DNA of 64,000 nt, taken from assembly GCA_964057225.1 (NCBI GenBank), contig CAXKVF010000080.1:62001-126000 (forward strand). The letters are read 5' to 3'. This DNA comes from Auanema rhodensis. Taxonomy: Eukaryota > Animalia > Nematoda. A program made the translations under genes and the position numbers. Within the stretch, counting starts at the first letter, position 1. Each line of letters starts with the position of its first letter. Below, one piece after another: positions 27,801-42,100 of the stretch. Below the pieces are notes generated by a model, which worked only from the letters and a program-made list of their open reading frames with translations, was not told the DNA's origin and did not search any database.

Positions 27801-30437
27801 AATTTATGCTAATTAAATGTACACGTGATGTGCACTTGGTATGTAACTCGCTTCACGTGAAAGATAAAGAGATGCGGTTTTCAAAATTAGATTCCCCATG
27901 TCCATATTAGTCTAAAAACAAATTTTTATTGATATTGCTTCATGGTAACCATGACTTTGAAATTTACGTGAACTTTAATTTATGCTAATTAAATGTACAC
28001 GTGATGTGCACTTGGTATGTAACTCGCTTCACGTGAAAGATAAAGAGATGCGGTTTTCAAAATTAGATTCCCCATGTCCATATTAGTCTAAAAACAAATT
28101 TTTATTGATATTAGTTCATGGTAACCATGACTTTGAAATTTACGTGAACTTTAATTTATGCTAATTAAATGTACACGTGATGTGCACTTGGTATGTAACT
28201 CGCTTCACGTGAAAGATAAAGAGATGCGGTTTTCAAAATTAGATTCCCCATGTCCATATTAGTCTAAAAACAAATTTTTATTGATATTAGTTCATGGTAA
28301 CCATGACTTTGAAATTTACGTGAACTTTAATTTATGCTAATTAAATGTACACGTGATGTGCACTTGGTATGTAACTCGCTTCACGTGAAAGATAAAGAGA
28401 TGCGGTTTTCAAAATTAGATTCCCCATGTCCATATTAGTCTAAAAACAAATTTTTTTTATTGATATTGGTTCATGGTAACCATGACTTTGAAATTTACGT
28501 GAACTTTAATTTATGCTAATTAAATGTACACGTGATGTGCACTTGGTATGTAACTCGCTTCACGTGAAAGATAAAGAGATGCGGTTTTCAAAATTAGATT
28601 CCCCATGTCCATATTAGTCTAAAAACAAATTTTTATTGATATTGCTTCATGGTAACCATGACTTTGAAATTTACGTGAACTTTAATTTATGCTAATTAAA
28701 TGTACACGTGATGTGCACTTGGTATGTAACTCGCTTCACGTGAAAGATAAAGAGATGCGGTTTTCAAAATTAGATTCCCCCTGTCCATATTAGTCTAAAA
28801 ACAAATTTTTATTGATATTGCTTCATGGTAACCATGACTTTGAAATTTACGTGAACTTTAATTTATGCTAATTAAATGTACACGTGATGTGCACTTGGTA
28901 TGTAACTCGCTTCACGTGAAAGATAAAGAGATGCGGTTTTCAAAATTAGATTCCCCATGTCCATATTAGTCTAAAAACAAATTTTTATTGATATTGCTTC
29001 ATGGTAACCATGACTTTGAAATTTACGTGAACTTTAATTTATGCTAATTAAATGTACACGTGATGTGCACTTGGTATGTAACTCGCTTCACGTGAAAGAT
29101 AAAGAGATGCGGTTTTCAAAATTAGATTCCCCATGTCCATATTAGTCTAAAAACAAATTTTTATTGATATTGGTGCATGGTAACCATGACTTTGAAATTT
29201 ACGTGAAGATTTATGCTAATTAAATGTACACGTGATGTGCACTTGGTATGTAACTCGCTTCACGTGAAAGATGAAGAGATGCGGTTTTCAAAATTAGATT
29301 CCCCATGTCCATATTAGTCTAAAAACCAATTTTTATTGATATTGCTTCATGGTAACCATGACTTTGAAATTTACGTGAACTTTAATTTATGCTAATTAAA
29401 TGTACACGTGATGTGCACTTGGTATGTAACTCGCTTCACGTGAAAGATAAAGAGATGCGGTTTTCAAAATTAGATTCCCCATGTCCATATTAGTCTAAAA
29501 ACAAATTTTTATTGATATTGCTTCATGGTAACCATGACTTTGAAATTTACGTGAACTTTAATTTATGCTAATTAAATGTACACGTGATGTGCACTTGGTA
29601 TGTAACTCGCTTCACGTGAAAGATAAAGAGATGCGGTTTTCAAAATTAGATTCCCCATGTCCATATTAGTCTAAAAACAAATTTTTATTGATATTGGTGC
29701 ATGGTAACCATGACTTTGAAATTTACGTGAACTTTAATTTATGCTAATTAAATGTACACGTGATGTGCACTTGGTATGTAACTCGCTTCACGTGAAAGAT
29801 AAAGAGATGCGGTTTTCAAAATTAGATTCCCCATGTCCATATTAGTCTCAAAACAAATTTTTATTGATATTGGTTCATGGTAACCATGACTTTGAAATTT
29901 ACGTGAACTTTAATTTATGCTAATTAAATGTACACGTGATGTGCACTTGGTATGTAACTCGCTTCACGTGAAAGATAAAGAGATGCGGTTTTCAAAATTA
30001 GATTCCCCATGTCCATATTAGTCTAAAAACAAATTTTTATTGATATTGGTGCATGGTAACCATGACTTTGAAATTTACGTGAACTTTAATTTATGCTAAT
30101 TAAATGTACACGTGATGTGCACTTGGTATGTAACTCGCTTCACGTGAAAGACAAAGAGATGCGGTTTTCAAAATTAGATTCCCCATGTCCATATTAGTCT
30201 AAAAACAAATTTTTATTGATATTGGTGCATGGTAACCATGACTTTGAAATTTACGTGAACTTTAATTTATGCTAATTAAATGTACACGTGATGTGCACTT
30301 GGTATGTAACTCGCTTCACGTGAAAGATAAAGAGATGCGGTTTTCAAAATTAGATTCCCCATGTCCATATTAATCTAAAAACAAATTTTTATTGATATTG
30401 GTTCATGGTAACCATGACTTTGAAATTTACGTGAACT

Positions 30438-33100
30438 TTAATTTATGCTAATTAAATGTACACGTGATGTGCACTTGGTATGTAACTCGCTTCACGTGAA
30501 AGAAGAAGAGATGCGGTTTTCAAAATTAGATTCCCCATGTCCATATTAGTCTAAAAACAAATTTTTATTGATATTGGTTCATGGTAACCATGACTTTGAA
30601 ATTTACGTGAACTTTAATTTATGCTAATTAAATGTACACGTGATGTGCACTTGGTATGTAACTCGCTTCACGTGAAAGATAAAGAGATGCGGTTTTCAAA
30701 ATTAGATTCCCCATGTCCATATTAGTTTAAAAACAAATTTTTATTGATATTGGTGCATGGTAACCATGACTTTGAAATTTACGTGAACTTTATTTTATGC
30801 TAATTAAATGTACACGTGATGTGCACTTGGTATGTAACTCGCTTCACGTGAAAGATAAAGAGATGCGGTTTTCAAAATTAGATTCCCCATGTCCATATTA
30901 GTCTAAAAACAAATTTTTATTGATATTGGTTCATGGTAACCATGACTTTGAAATTTACGTGAACTTTAATTTATGCTAATTAAATGTACACGTGATGTGC
31001 ACTTGGTATGTAACTCGCTTCACGTGAAAGATAAAGAGATGCGGTTTTCAAAATTAGATTCCCCATGTCCATATTAGTCTAAAAACAAATTTTTATTGAT
31101 ATTGGTGCATGGTAACCATGACTTTGAAATTTACGTGAACTTTAATTTATGCTAATTAAATGTACACGTGATGTGCACTTGGTATGTAACTCGCTTCACG
31201 TGAAAGATAAAGAGATGCGGTTTTCAAAATTAGATTCCCCATGTCCATATTAGTCTAAAAACAAATTTTTATTGATATTGGTTCATGGTAACCATGACTT
31301 TGAAATTTACGTGAACTTTAATTTATGCTAATTAAATGTACACGTGTTGTGCACTTGGTATGTAACTCGCTTCACGTGAAAGATAAAGAGATGCGGTTTT
31401 CAAAATTAGATTCCCCATGTCCATATTAGTCTAAAAACAAATTTTTATTGATATTGGTGCATGGTAACCATGACTTTGAAATTTACGTGAACTTTAATTC
31501 ATGCTAATTAAATGTACACGTGATGTGCACTTGGTATGTAACTCGCTTCACGTGAAAGATAAAGAGATGCGGTTTTCAAAATTAGATTCCCCATGTCCAT
31601 ATTAGTCTAAAAACAAATTTTTATTGATATTGCTTCATGGTAACCATGACTTTGAAATTTACGTGAACTTTAATTTATGCTAATTAAATGTACACGTGAT
31701 GTGCACTTGGTATGTAACTCGCTTCACGTGAAAGATAAAGAAATGCGGTTTTCAAAATTAGATTCCCCATGTCCATATTAGTCTAAAAACTAATTTTTAT
31801 TGATATTGGTTCATGGTAACCATGACTTTGAAATTTACGTGAACTTTAATTTATGCTAATTAAATGTACACGTGATGTGCACTTGGTATGTAACTCGCTT
31901 CACGTGAAAGAAGAAGAGATGCGGTTTTCAAAATTAGATTCCCCATGTCCATATTAGTCTAAAAACAAATTTTTATTGATATTGGTTCATGGTAACCATG
32001 ACTTTGAAATTTACGTGAACTTTAATTTATGCTAATTAAATGTACACGTGATGTGCACTTGGTATGTAACTCGCTTCACGTGAAAGATAAAGAGATGCGG
32101 TTTTCAAAATTAGATTCCCCATGTCCATATTAGTTTAAAAACAAATTTTTATTGATATTGGTGCATGGTAACCATGACTTTGAAATTTACGTGAACTTTA
32201 ATTTATGCTAATTAAATGTACACGTGATGTGCACTTGGTATGTAACTCGCTTCACGTGAAAGATAAAGAGATGCGGTTTTCAAAATTAGATTCCCCATGT
32301 CCATATTAGTCTAAAAACAAATTTTTATTGATATTGGTTCATGGTAACCATGACTTTGAAATTTACGTGAACTTTAATTCATGCTAATTAAATGTACACG
32401 TGATGTGCACTTGGTATGTAACTCGCTTCACGTGAAAGATAAAGAGATGCGGTTTTCAAAATTAGATTCCCCATGTCCATATTAGTCTAAAAACAAATTT
32501 TTATTGATATTGGTGCATGGTAACCATGACTTTGAAATTTACGTGAACTTTAATTTATGCTAATTAAATGTACACGTGATGTGCACTTGGTATGTAACTC
32601 GCTTCACGTGAAAGATAAAGAGATGCGGTTTTCAAAATTAGATTCCCCATGTCCATATTAGTCTAAAAACAAATTTTTATTGATATTGGTTCATGGTAAC
32701 CATGACTTTGAAATTTACGTGAACTTTAATTTATGCTAATTAAATGTACACGTGATGTGCACTTGGTATGTAACTCGCTTCACGTGAAAGATAAAGAGAT
32801 GCGGTTTTCAAAATTAGATTCCCCATGTCCATATTAGTCTAAAAACAAATTTTTATTGATATTGGTGCATGGTAACCATGACTTTGAAATTTACGTGAAC
32901 TTTAATTCATGCTAATTAAATGTACACGTGATGTGCACTTGGTATTTAACTCGCTTCACGTGAAAGATAAAGAGATGCGGTTTTCAAAATTAGATTCCCC
33001 ATGTCCATATTAGTCTAAAAACAAATTTTTATTGATATTGCTTCATGGTAACCATGACTTTGAAATTTACGTGAACTTTAATTTATGCTAATTAAATGTA
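30438..33100. repeat. Imperfect 8-monomer (1408 bp) duplication
   Basis: AGAAGAAG at 30501/31909, TAGTTT at ~30723/32131 and AATTCATG at ~31500/32908, with the same GGTT/GGTG/GCTT order. Confidence 0.8.
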
Positions 33101-36100
33101 CACGTGATGTGCACTTGGTATGTAACTCGCTTCACGTGAAAGATAAAGAGATGCGGTTTTCAAAATTAGATTCCCCATGTCCATATTAGTCTAAAAACAA
33201 ATTTTTATTGATATTGGTGCATGGTAACCATGACTTTGAAATTTACGTGAACTTTAATTTATGCTAATTAAATGTACACGTGATGTGCACTTGGTATGTA
33301 ACTCGCTTCACGTGAAAGATAAAGAGATGCGGTTTTCAAAATTAGATTCCCCATGTCCGTATTAGTCTCAAAACAAATTTTTATTGATATTGGTTCATGG
33401 TAACCATGACTTTGAAATTTACGTGAACTTTAATTTATGCTAATTAAATGTACACGTGATGTGCACTTGGTATGTAACTCGCTTCACGTGAAAGATAAAG
33501 AGATGCGGTTTTCAAAATTAGATTCCCCATGTCCATATTAGTCTAAAAACAAATTTTTATTGATATTGGTGCATGGTAACCATGACTTTGAAATTTACGT
33601 GAACTTTAATTTATGCTAATTAAATGTACACGTGATGTGCACTTGGTATGTAACTCGCTTCACGTGAAAGATAAAGAGATGCGGTTTTCAAAATTAGATT
33701 CCCCATGTCCATATTAGTCTAAAAACAAATTTTTATTGATATTGGTGCATGGTAACCATGACTTTGAAATTTACGTGAACTTTAATTTATGCTAATTAAA
33801 TGTACACGTGATGTGCACTTGGTATGTAACTCGCTTCACGTGAAAGATAAAGAGATGCGGTTTTCAAAATTAGATTCCCCATGTCCATATTAGTCTAAAA
33901 ACAAATTTTTATTGATATTGGTTCATGGTAACCATGACTTTGAAATTTACGTGAACTTTAATTAATGCTAATTAAATGTACACGTGATGTGCACTTGGTA
34001 TGTAACTCGCTTCACGTGAAAGAAGAAGAGATGCGGTTTTCAAAATTAGATTCCCCATGTCCATATTAGTCTAAAAACAAATTTTTATTGATATTGGTGC
34101 ATGGTAACCATGACTTTGAAATTTACGTGAACTTTAATTTATGCTAATTAAATGTACACGTGATGTGCACTTGGTATGTAACTCGCTTCACGTGAAAGAT
34201 AAAAAGATGCGGTTTTCAAAATTAGATTCCCCATGTCCATATTAGTTTAAAAACAAATTTTTATTGATATTGGTGCATGGTAACCATGACTTTGAAATTT
34301 ACGTGAACTTTAATTTATGCTAATTAAATGTACACGTGATGTGCACTTGGTATGTAACTCGCTTCACGTGAAAGATAAAGAGATGCGGTTTTCAAAATTA
34401 GATTCCCCATGTCCATATTAGTCTAAAAACAAATTTTTATTGATATTGGTTCATGGTAACCATGACTTTGAAATTTACGTGAACTTTAATTTATGCTAAT
34501 TAAATGTACACGTGATGTGCACTTGGTATGTAACTCGCTTCACGTGAAAGATAAAGAGATGCGGTTTTCAAAATTAGATTCCCCATGTCCATATTAGTCT
34601 AAAAACAAATTTTTATTGATATTGGTGCATGGTAACCATGACTTTGAAATTTACGTGAACTTTAATTTATGCTAATTAAATGTACACGTGATGTGCACTT
34701 GGTATGTAACTCGCTTCACGTGAAAGATAAAGAGATGCGGTTTTCAAAATTAGATTCCCCATGTCCATATTAGTCTAAAAACAAATTTTTATTGATATTG
34801 GTTCATGGTAACCATGACTTTGAAATTTACGTGAACTTTAATTTATGCTAATTAAATGTACACGTGATGTGCACTTGGTATGTAACTCGCTTCACGTGAA
34901 AGATAAAGAGATGCGGTTTTCAAAATTAGATTCCCCATGTCCATATTAGTCTAAAAACAAATTTTTATTGATATTGGTGCATGGTAACCATGACTTTGAA
35001 ATTTACGTGAACTTTAATTTATGCTAATTATATGTACACGTGATGTGCACTTGGTATGTAACTCGCTTCACGTGAAAGATAAAGAGATGCGGTTTTCAAA
35101 ATTAGATTCCCCATGTCCGTATTAGTCTCAAAACAAATTTTTATTGATATTGGTTCATGGTAACCATGACTTTGAAATTTACGTGAACTTTAATTTATGC
35201 TAATTAAATGTACACGTGATGTGCACTTGGTATGTAACTCGCTTCACGTGAAAGATAAAGAGATGCGGTTTTCAAAATTAGATTCCCCATGTCCATATTA
35301 GTCTAAAAACAAATTTTTATTGATATTGCTTCATGGTAACCATGACTTTGAAATTTACGTGAACTTTAATTTATGCTAATTAAATGTACACGTGATGTGC
35401 ACTTGGTATGTAACTCGCTTCACGTGAAAGATGAAGAGATGCGGTTTTCAAAATTAGATTCCCCATGTCCATATTAGTCTAAAAACAAATTTTTATTGAT
35501 ATTGCTTCATGGTAACCATGACTTTGAAATTTACGTGAACTTTAATTTATGCTAATTAAATGTACACGTGATGTGCACTTGGTATGTAACTCGCTTCACG
35601 TGAAAGATAAAGAGATGCGGTTTTCAAAATTAGATTCCCCATGTCCATATTAGTCTAAAAACAAATTTTTATTGATATTGGTGCATGGTAACCATGACTT
35701 TGAAATTTACGTGAACTTTAATTTATGCTAATTAAATGTACACGTGATGTGCACTTGGTATGTAACTCGCTTCACGTGAAAGATAAAGAGATGCGGTTTT
35801 CAAAATTAGATTCCCCATGTCCATATTAGTCTAAAAACAAATTTTTATTGATATTGGTTCATGGTAACCATGACTTTGAAATTTACGTGAACTTTAATTT
35901 ATGCTAATTAAATGTACACGTGATGTGCACTTGGTATGTAACTCGCTTCACGTGAAAGATAAAGAGATGCGGTTTTCAAAATTAGATTCCCCATGTCCAT
36001 ATTAGTCTAAAAACAAATTTTTATTGATATTGGTGCATGGTAACCATGACTTTGAAATTTACGTGAACTTTAATTTATGCTAATTAAATGTACACGTGAT

Positions 36101-39100
36101 GTGCACTTGGTATGTAACTCGCTTCACGTGAAAGATAAAGAGATGCGGTTTTCAAAATTAGATTCCCCATGTCCATATTAGTCTAAAAACAAATTTTTAT
36201 TGATATTGGTTCATGGTAACCATGACTTTGAAATTTACGTGAACTTTAATTAATGCTAATTAAATGTACACGTGATGTGCACTTGGTATGTAACTCGCTT
36301 TACGTGAAAGATAAAGAGATGCGGTTTTCAAAATTAGATTCCCCATGTCCATATTAGTCTAAAAACAAATTTTTATTGATATTGGTTCATGGTAACCATG
36401 ACTTTGAAATTTACGTGAACTTTAATTTATGCTAATTAAATGTACACGTGATGTGCACTTGGTATGTAACTCGCTTCACGTGAAAGATAAAGAGATGCGG
36501 TTTTCAAAATTAGATTCCCCCTGTCCATATTAGTCTAAAAACAAATTTTTATTGATATTGCTTCATGGTAACCATGACTTTGAAATTTACGTGAACTTTA
36601 ATTTATGCTAATTAAATGTTCACGTGATGTGCACTTGGTATGTAACTCGCTTCACGTGAAAGATAAAGAGATGCGGTTTTCAAAATTAGATTCCCCATGT
36701 CCATATTAGTCTAAAAACAAATTTTTATTGATATTGCTTCATGGTAACCATGACTTTGAAATTTACGTGAACTTTAATTTATGCTAATTAAATGTACACG
36801 TGATGTGCACTTGGTATGTAACTCGCTTCACGTGAAAGATAAAGAGATGCGGTTTTCAAAATTAGATTCCCCATGTCCATATTAGTCTAAAAACAAATTT
36901 TTATTGATATTGGTGCATGGTAACCATGACTTTGAAATTTACGTGAACTTTAATTTATGCTAATTAAATGTACACGTGATGTGCACTTGGTATGTAACTC
37001 GCTTCACGTGAAAGATAAAGAGATGCGGTTTTCAAAATTAGATTCCCCATGTCCATATTAGTCTAAAAACAAATTTTTATTGATATTGGTGCATGGTAAC
37101 CATGACTTTGAAATTTACGTGAACTTTAATTTATGCTAATTAAATGTACACGTGATGTGCACTTGGTATGTAACTCGCTTCACGTGAAAGATGAAGAGAT
37201 GCGGTTTTCAAAATTAGATTCCCCATGTCCATATTAGTCTAAAAACAAATTTTTATTGATATTGGTTCATGGTAACCATGACTTTGAAATTTACGTGAAC
37301 TTTAATTTATGCTAATTAAATGTACACGTGATGTGCACTTGGTATGTAACTCGCTTCACGTGAAAGATAAAGAGATGTGGTTTTCAAAATTAGATTCCCC
37401 ATGTCCATATTAGTCTACCAACAAATTTTTATTGATATTGCTTCATGGTAACCATGACTTTGAAATTTACGTGAACTTTAATTTATGCTAATTAAATGTA
37501 CACGTGATGTGCACTTGGTATGTAACTCGCTTCACGTGAAAGATAAAGAGATGCGGTTTTCAAAATTAGATTCCCCATGTCCATATTAGTCTAAAAACAA
37601 ATTTTTATTGATATTGGTTCATGGTAACCATGACTTTGAAATTTACGTGAACTTTAATTTATGCTAATTAAATGTACACGTGATGTGCACTTGGTATGTA
37701 ACTCGCTTCACGTGAAAGATAAAGAGATGCGGTTTTCAAAATTAGATTCCCCATGTCCATATTAGTCTAAAAACAAATTTTTATTGATATTGGTTCATGG
37801 TAACCATGACTTTGAAATTTACGTGAACTTTAATTTATGCTAATTAAATGTACACGTGATGTGCACTTGGTATGTAACTCGCTTCACGTGAAAGATAAAG
37901 AGATGTGGTTTTCAAAATTAGATTCCCCATGTCCATATTAGTCTAAAAACAAATTTTTATTGATATTGCTTCATGGTAACCATGACTTTGAAATTTACGT
38001 GAACTTTAATTTATGCTAATTAAATGTACACGTGATGTGCACTTGGTATGTAACTCGCTTCACGTGAAAGATAAAGAAATGCGGTTTTCAAAATTAGATT
38101 CCTCATGTCCATATTAGTCTAAAAACAAATTTTTATTGATATTGGTTCATGGTAACCATGACTTTGAAATTTACGTGAACTTTAATTTATGCTAATTAAA
38201 TGTACACGTGATGTGCACTTGGTATGTAACTCGCTTCACGTGAAAGATAAAGAGATGCGGTTTTCAAAATTAGATTCCCCATGTCCATATTAGTCTAAAA
38301 ACAAATTTTTATTGATATTGCTTCATGGTAACCATGACTTTGAAATTTACGTGAACTTTAATTTATGCTAATTAAATGTACACGTGATGTGCACTTGGTA
38401 TGTAACTCGCTTCACGTGAAAGATAAAGAGATGCGGTTTTCAAAATTAGATTCCCCATGTCCATATTAGTCTAAAAACAAATTTTTATTGATATTGCTTC
38501 ATGGTAACCATGACTTTGAAATTTACGTGAACTTTAATTTATGCTAATTAAATGTACACGTGATGTGCACTTGGTATGTAACTCGCTTCACGTGAAAGAT
38601 AAAGAAATGCGGTTTTCAAAATTAGATTCCTCATGTCCATATTAGTCTAAAAACAAATTTTTATTGATATTGGTTCATGGTAACCATGACTTTGAAATTT
38701 ACGTGAACTTTAATTTATGCTAATTAAATGTACACGTGATGTGCACTTGGTATGTAACTCGCTTCACGTGAAAGATAAAGAGATGCGGTTTTCAAAATTA
38801 GATTCCCCATGTCCATATTAGTCTAAAAACAAATTCTTATTGATATTGCTTCATGGTAACCATGACTTTGAAATTTACGTGAACTTTAATTTATGCTAAT
38901 TAAATGTACACGTGATGTGCACTTGGTATGTAACTCGCTTCACGTGAAAGATAAAGAGATGCGGTTTTCAAAATTAGATTCCCCATGTCCATATTAGTCT
39001 AAAAACAAATTTTTATTGATATTGGTGCATGGTAACCATGACTTTGAAATTTACGTGAACTTTAATTTATGCTAATTAAATGTACACGTGATGTGCACTT

Positions 39101-42100
39101 GGTATGTAACTCGCTTCACGTGAAAGATGAAGAGATGCGGTTTTCAAAATTAGATTCCCCATGTCCATATTAGTCTAAAAACAAATTTTTATTGATATTG
39201 GTTCATGGTAACCATGACTTTGAAATTTACGTGAACTTTAATTTATGCTAATTAAATGTACACGTGATGTGCACTTGGTATGTAACTCGCTTCACGTGAA
39301 AGATAAAGAGATGCGGTTTTCAAAATTAGATTCCCCATGTCCATATTAGTCTAAAAACAAATTTTTATTGATATTGGTGCATGGTAACCATGACTTTGAA
39401 ATTTACGTGAACTTTAATTTATGCTAATTAAATGTACACGTGATGTGCACTTGGTATGTAACTCGCTTCACGTGAAAGATAAAGAGATGCGGTTTTCAAA
39501 ATTAGATTCCCCATGTCCGTATTAGTCTCAAAACAAATTTTTATTGATATTGGTTCATGGTAACCATGACTTTGAAATTTACGTGAACTTTAATTTATGC
39601 TAATTAAATGTACACGTGATGTGCACTTGGTATGTAACTCGCTTCACGTGAAAGATAAAGAGATGCGGTTTTCAAAATTAGATTCCCCATGTCCATATTA
39701 GTCTAAAAACAAATTTTTATTGATATTGCTTCATGGTAACCATGACTTTGAAATTTACGTGAACTTTAATTTATGCTAATTAAATGTACACGTGATGTGC
39801 ACTTGGTATGTAACTCGCTTCACGTGAAAGATGAAGAGATGCGGTTTTCAAAATTAGATTCCCCATGTCCATATTAGTCTAAAAACAAATTTTTATTGAT
39901 ATTGCTTCATGGTAACCATGACTTTGAAATTTACGTGAACTTTAATTTATGCTAATTAAATGTACACGTGATGTGCACTTGGTATGTAACTCGCTTCACG
40001 TGAAAGATAAAGAGATGCGGTTTTCAAAATTAGATTCCCCATGTCCATATTAGTCTAAAAACAAATTTTTATTGATATTGGTGCATGGTAACCATGACTT
40101 TGAAATTTACGTGAACTTTAATTTATGCTAATTAAATGTACACGTGATGTGCACTTGGTATGTAACTCGCTTCACGTGAAAGATAAAGAGATGCGGTTTT
40201 CAAAATTAGATTCCCCATGTCCATATTAGTCTAAAAACAAATTTTTATTGATATTGGTTCATGGTAACCATGACTTTGAAATTTACGTGAACTTTAATTT
40301 ATGCTAATTAAATGTACACGTGATGTGCACTTGGTATGTAACTCGCTTCACGTGAAAGATAAAGAGATGCGGTTTTCAAAATTAGATTCCCCATGTCCAT
40401 ATTAGTCTAAAAACAAATTTTTATTGATATTGGTGCATGGTAACCATGACTTTGAAATTTACGTGAACTTTAATTTATGCTAATTAAATGTACACGTGAT
40501 GTGCACTTGGTATGTAACTCGCTTCACGTGAAAGATAAAGAGATGCGGTTTTCAAAATTAGATTCCCCATGTCCATATTAGTCTAAAAACAAATTTTTAT
40601 TGATATTGGTTCATGGTAACCATGACTTTGAAATTTACGTGAACTTTAATTAATGCTAATTAAATGTACACGTGATGTGCACTTGGTATGTAACTCGCTT
40701 TACGTGAAAGATAAAGAGATGCGGTTTTCAAAATTAGATTCCCCATGTCCATATTAGTCTAAAAACAAATTTTTATTGATATTGGTTCATGGTAACCATG
40801 ACTTTGAAATTTACGTGAACTTTAATTTATGCTAATTAAATGTACACGTGATGTGCACTTGGTATGTAACTCGCTTCACGTGAAAGATAAAGAGATGCGG
40901 TTTTCAAAATTAGATTCCCCCTGTCCATATTAGTCTAAAAACAAATTTTTATTGATATTGCTTCATGGTAACCATGACTTTGAAATTTACGTGAACTTTA
41001 ATTTATGCTAATTAAATGTTCACGTGATGTGCACTTGGTATGTAACTCGCTTCACGTGAAAGATAAAGAGATGCGGTTTTCAAAATTAGATTCCCCATGT
41101 CCATATTAGTCTAAAAACAAATTTTTATTGATATTGCTTCATGGTAACCATGACTTTGAAATTTACGTGAACTTTAATTTATGCTAATTAAATGTACACG
41201 TGATGTGCACTTGGTATGTAACTCGCTTCACGTGAAAGATAAAGAGATGCGGTTTTCAAAATTAGATTCCCCATGTCCATATTAGTCTAAAAACAAATTT
41301 TTATTGATATTGGTGCATGGTAACCATGACTTTGAAATTTACGTGAACTTTAATTTATGCTAATTAAATGTACACGTGATGTGCACTTGGTATGTAACTC
41401 GCTTCACGTGAAAGATGAAGAGATGCGGTTTTCAAAATTAGATTCCCCATGTCCATATTAGTCTAAAAACAAATTTTTATTGATATTGCTTCATGGTAAC
41501 CATGACTTTGAAATTTACGTGAACTTTAATTTATGCTAATTAAATGTACACGTGATGTGCACTTGGTATGTAACTCGCTTCACGTGAAAGATAAAGAGAT
41601 GCGGTTTTCAAAATTAGATTCCCCATGTCCATATTAGTCTAAAAACAAATTTTTATTGATATTGGTGCATGGTAACCATGACTTTGAAATTTACGTGAAC
41701 TTTAATTCATGCTAATTAAATGTACACGTGATGTGCACTTGGTATTTAACTCGCTTCACGTGAAAGATAAAGAGATGCGGTTTTCAAAATTAGATTCCCC
41801 ATGTCCATATTAGTCTAAAAACAAATTTTTATTGATATTGCTTCATGGTAACCATGACTTTGAAATTTACGTGAACTTTAATTTATGCTAATTAAATGTA
41901 CACGTGATGTGCACTTGGTATGTAACTCGCTTCACGTGAAAGATAAAGAGATGCGGTTTTCAAAATTAGATTCCCCATGTCCATATTAGTCTAAAAACAA
42001 ATTTTTATTGATATTGGTGCATGGTAACCATGACTTTGAAATTTACGTGAACTTTAATTTATGCTAATTAAATGTACACGTGATGTGCACTTGGTATGTA

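Noticed and set aside
37411-37425. Double substitution TCTAAAAAC->TCTACCAAC
   Set aside because: A singleton that could be a sequencing error or an isolated mutation; no further pattern.
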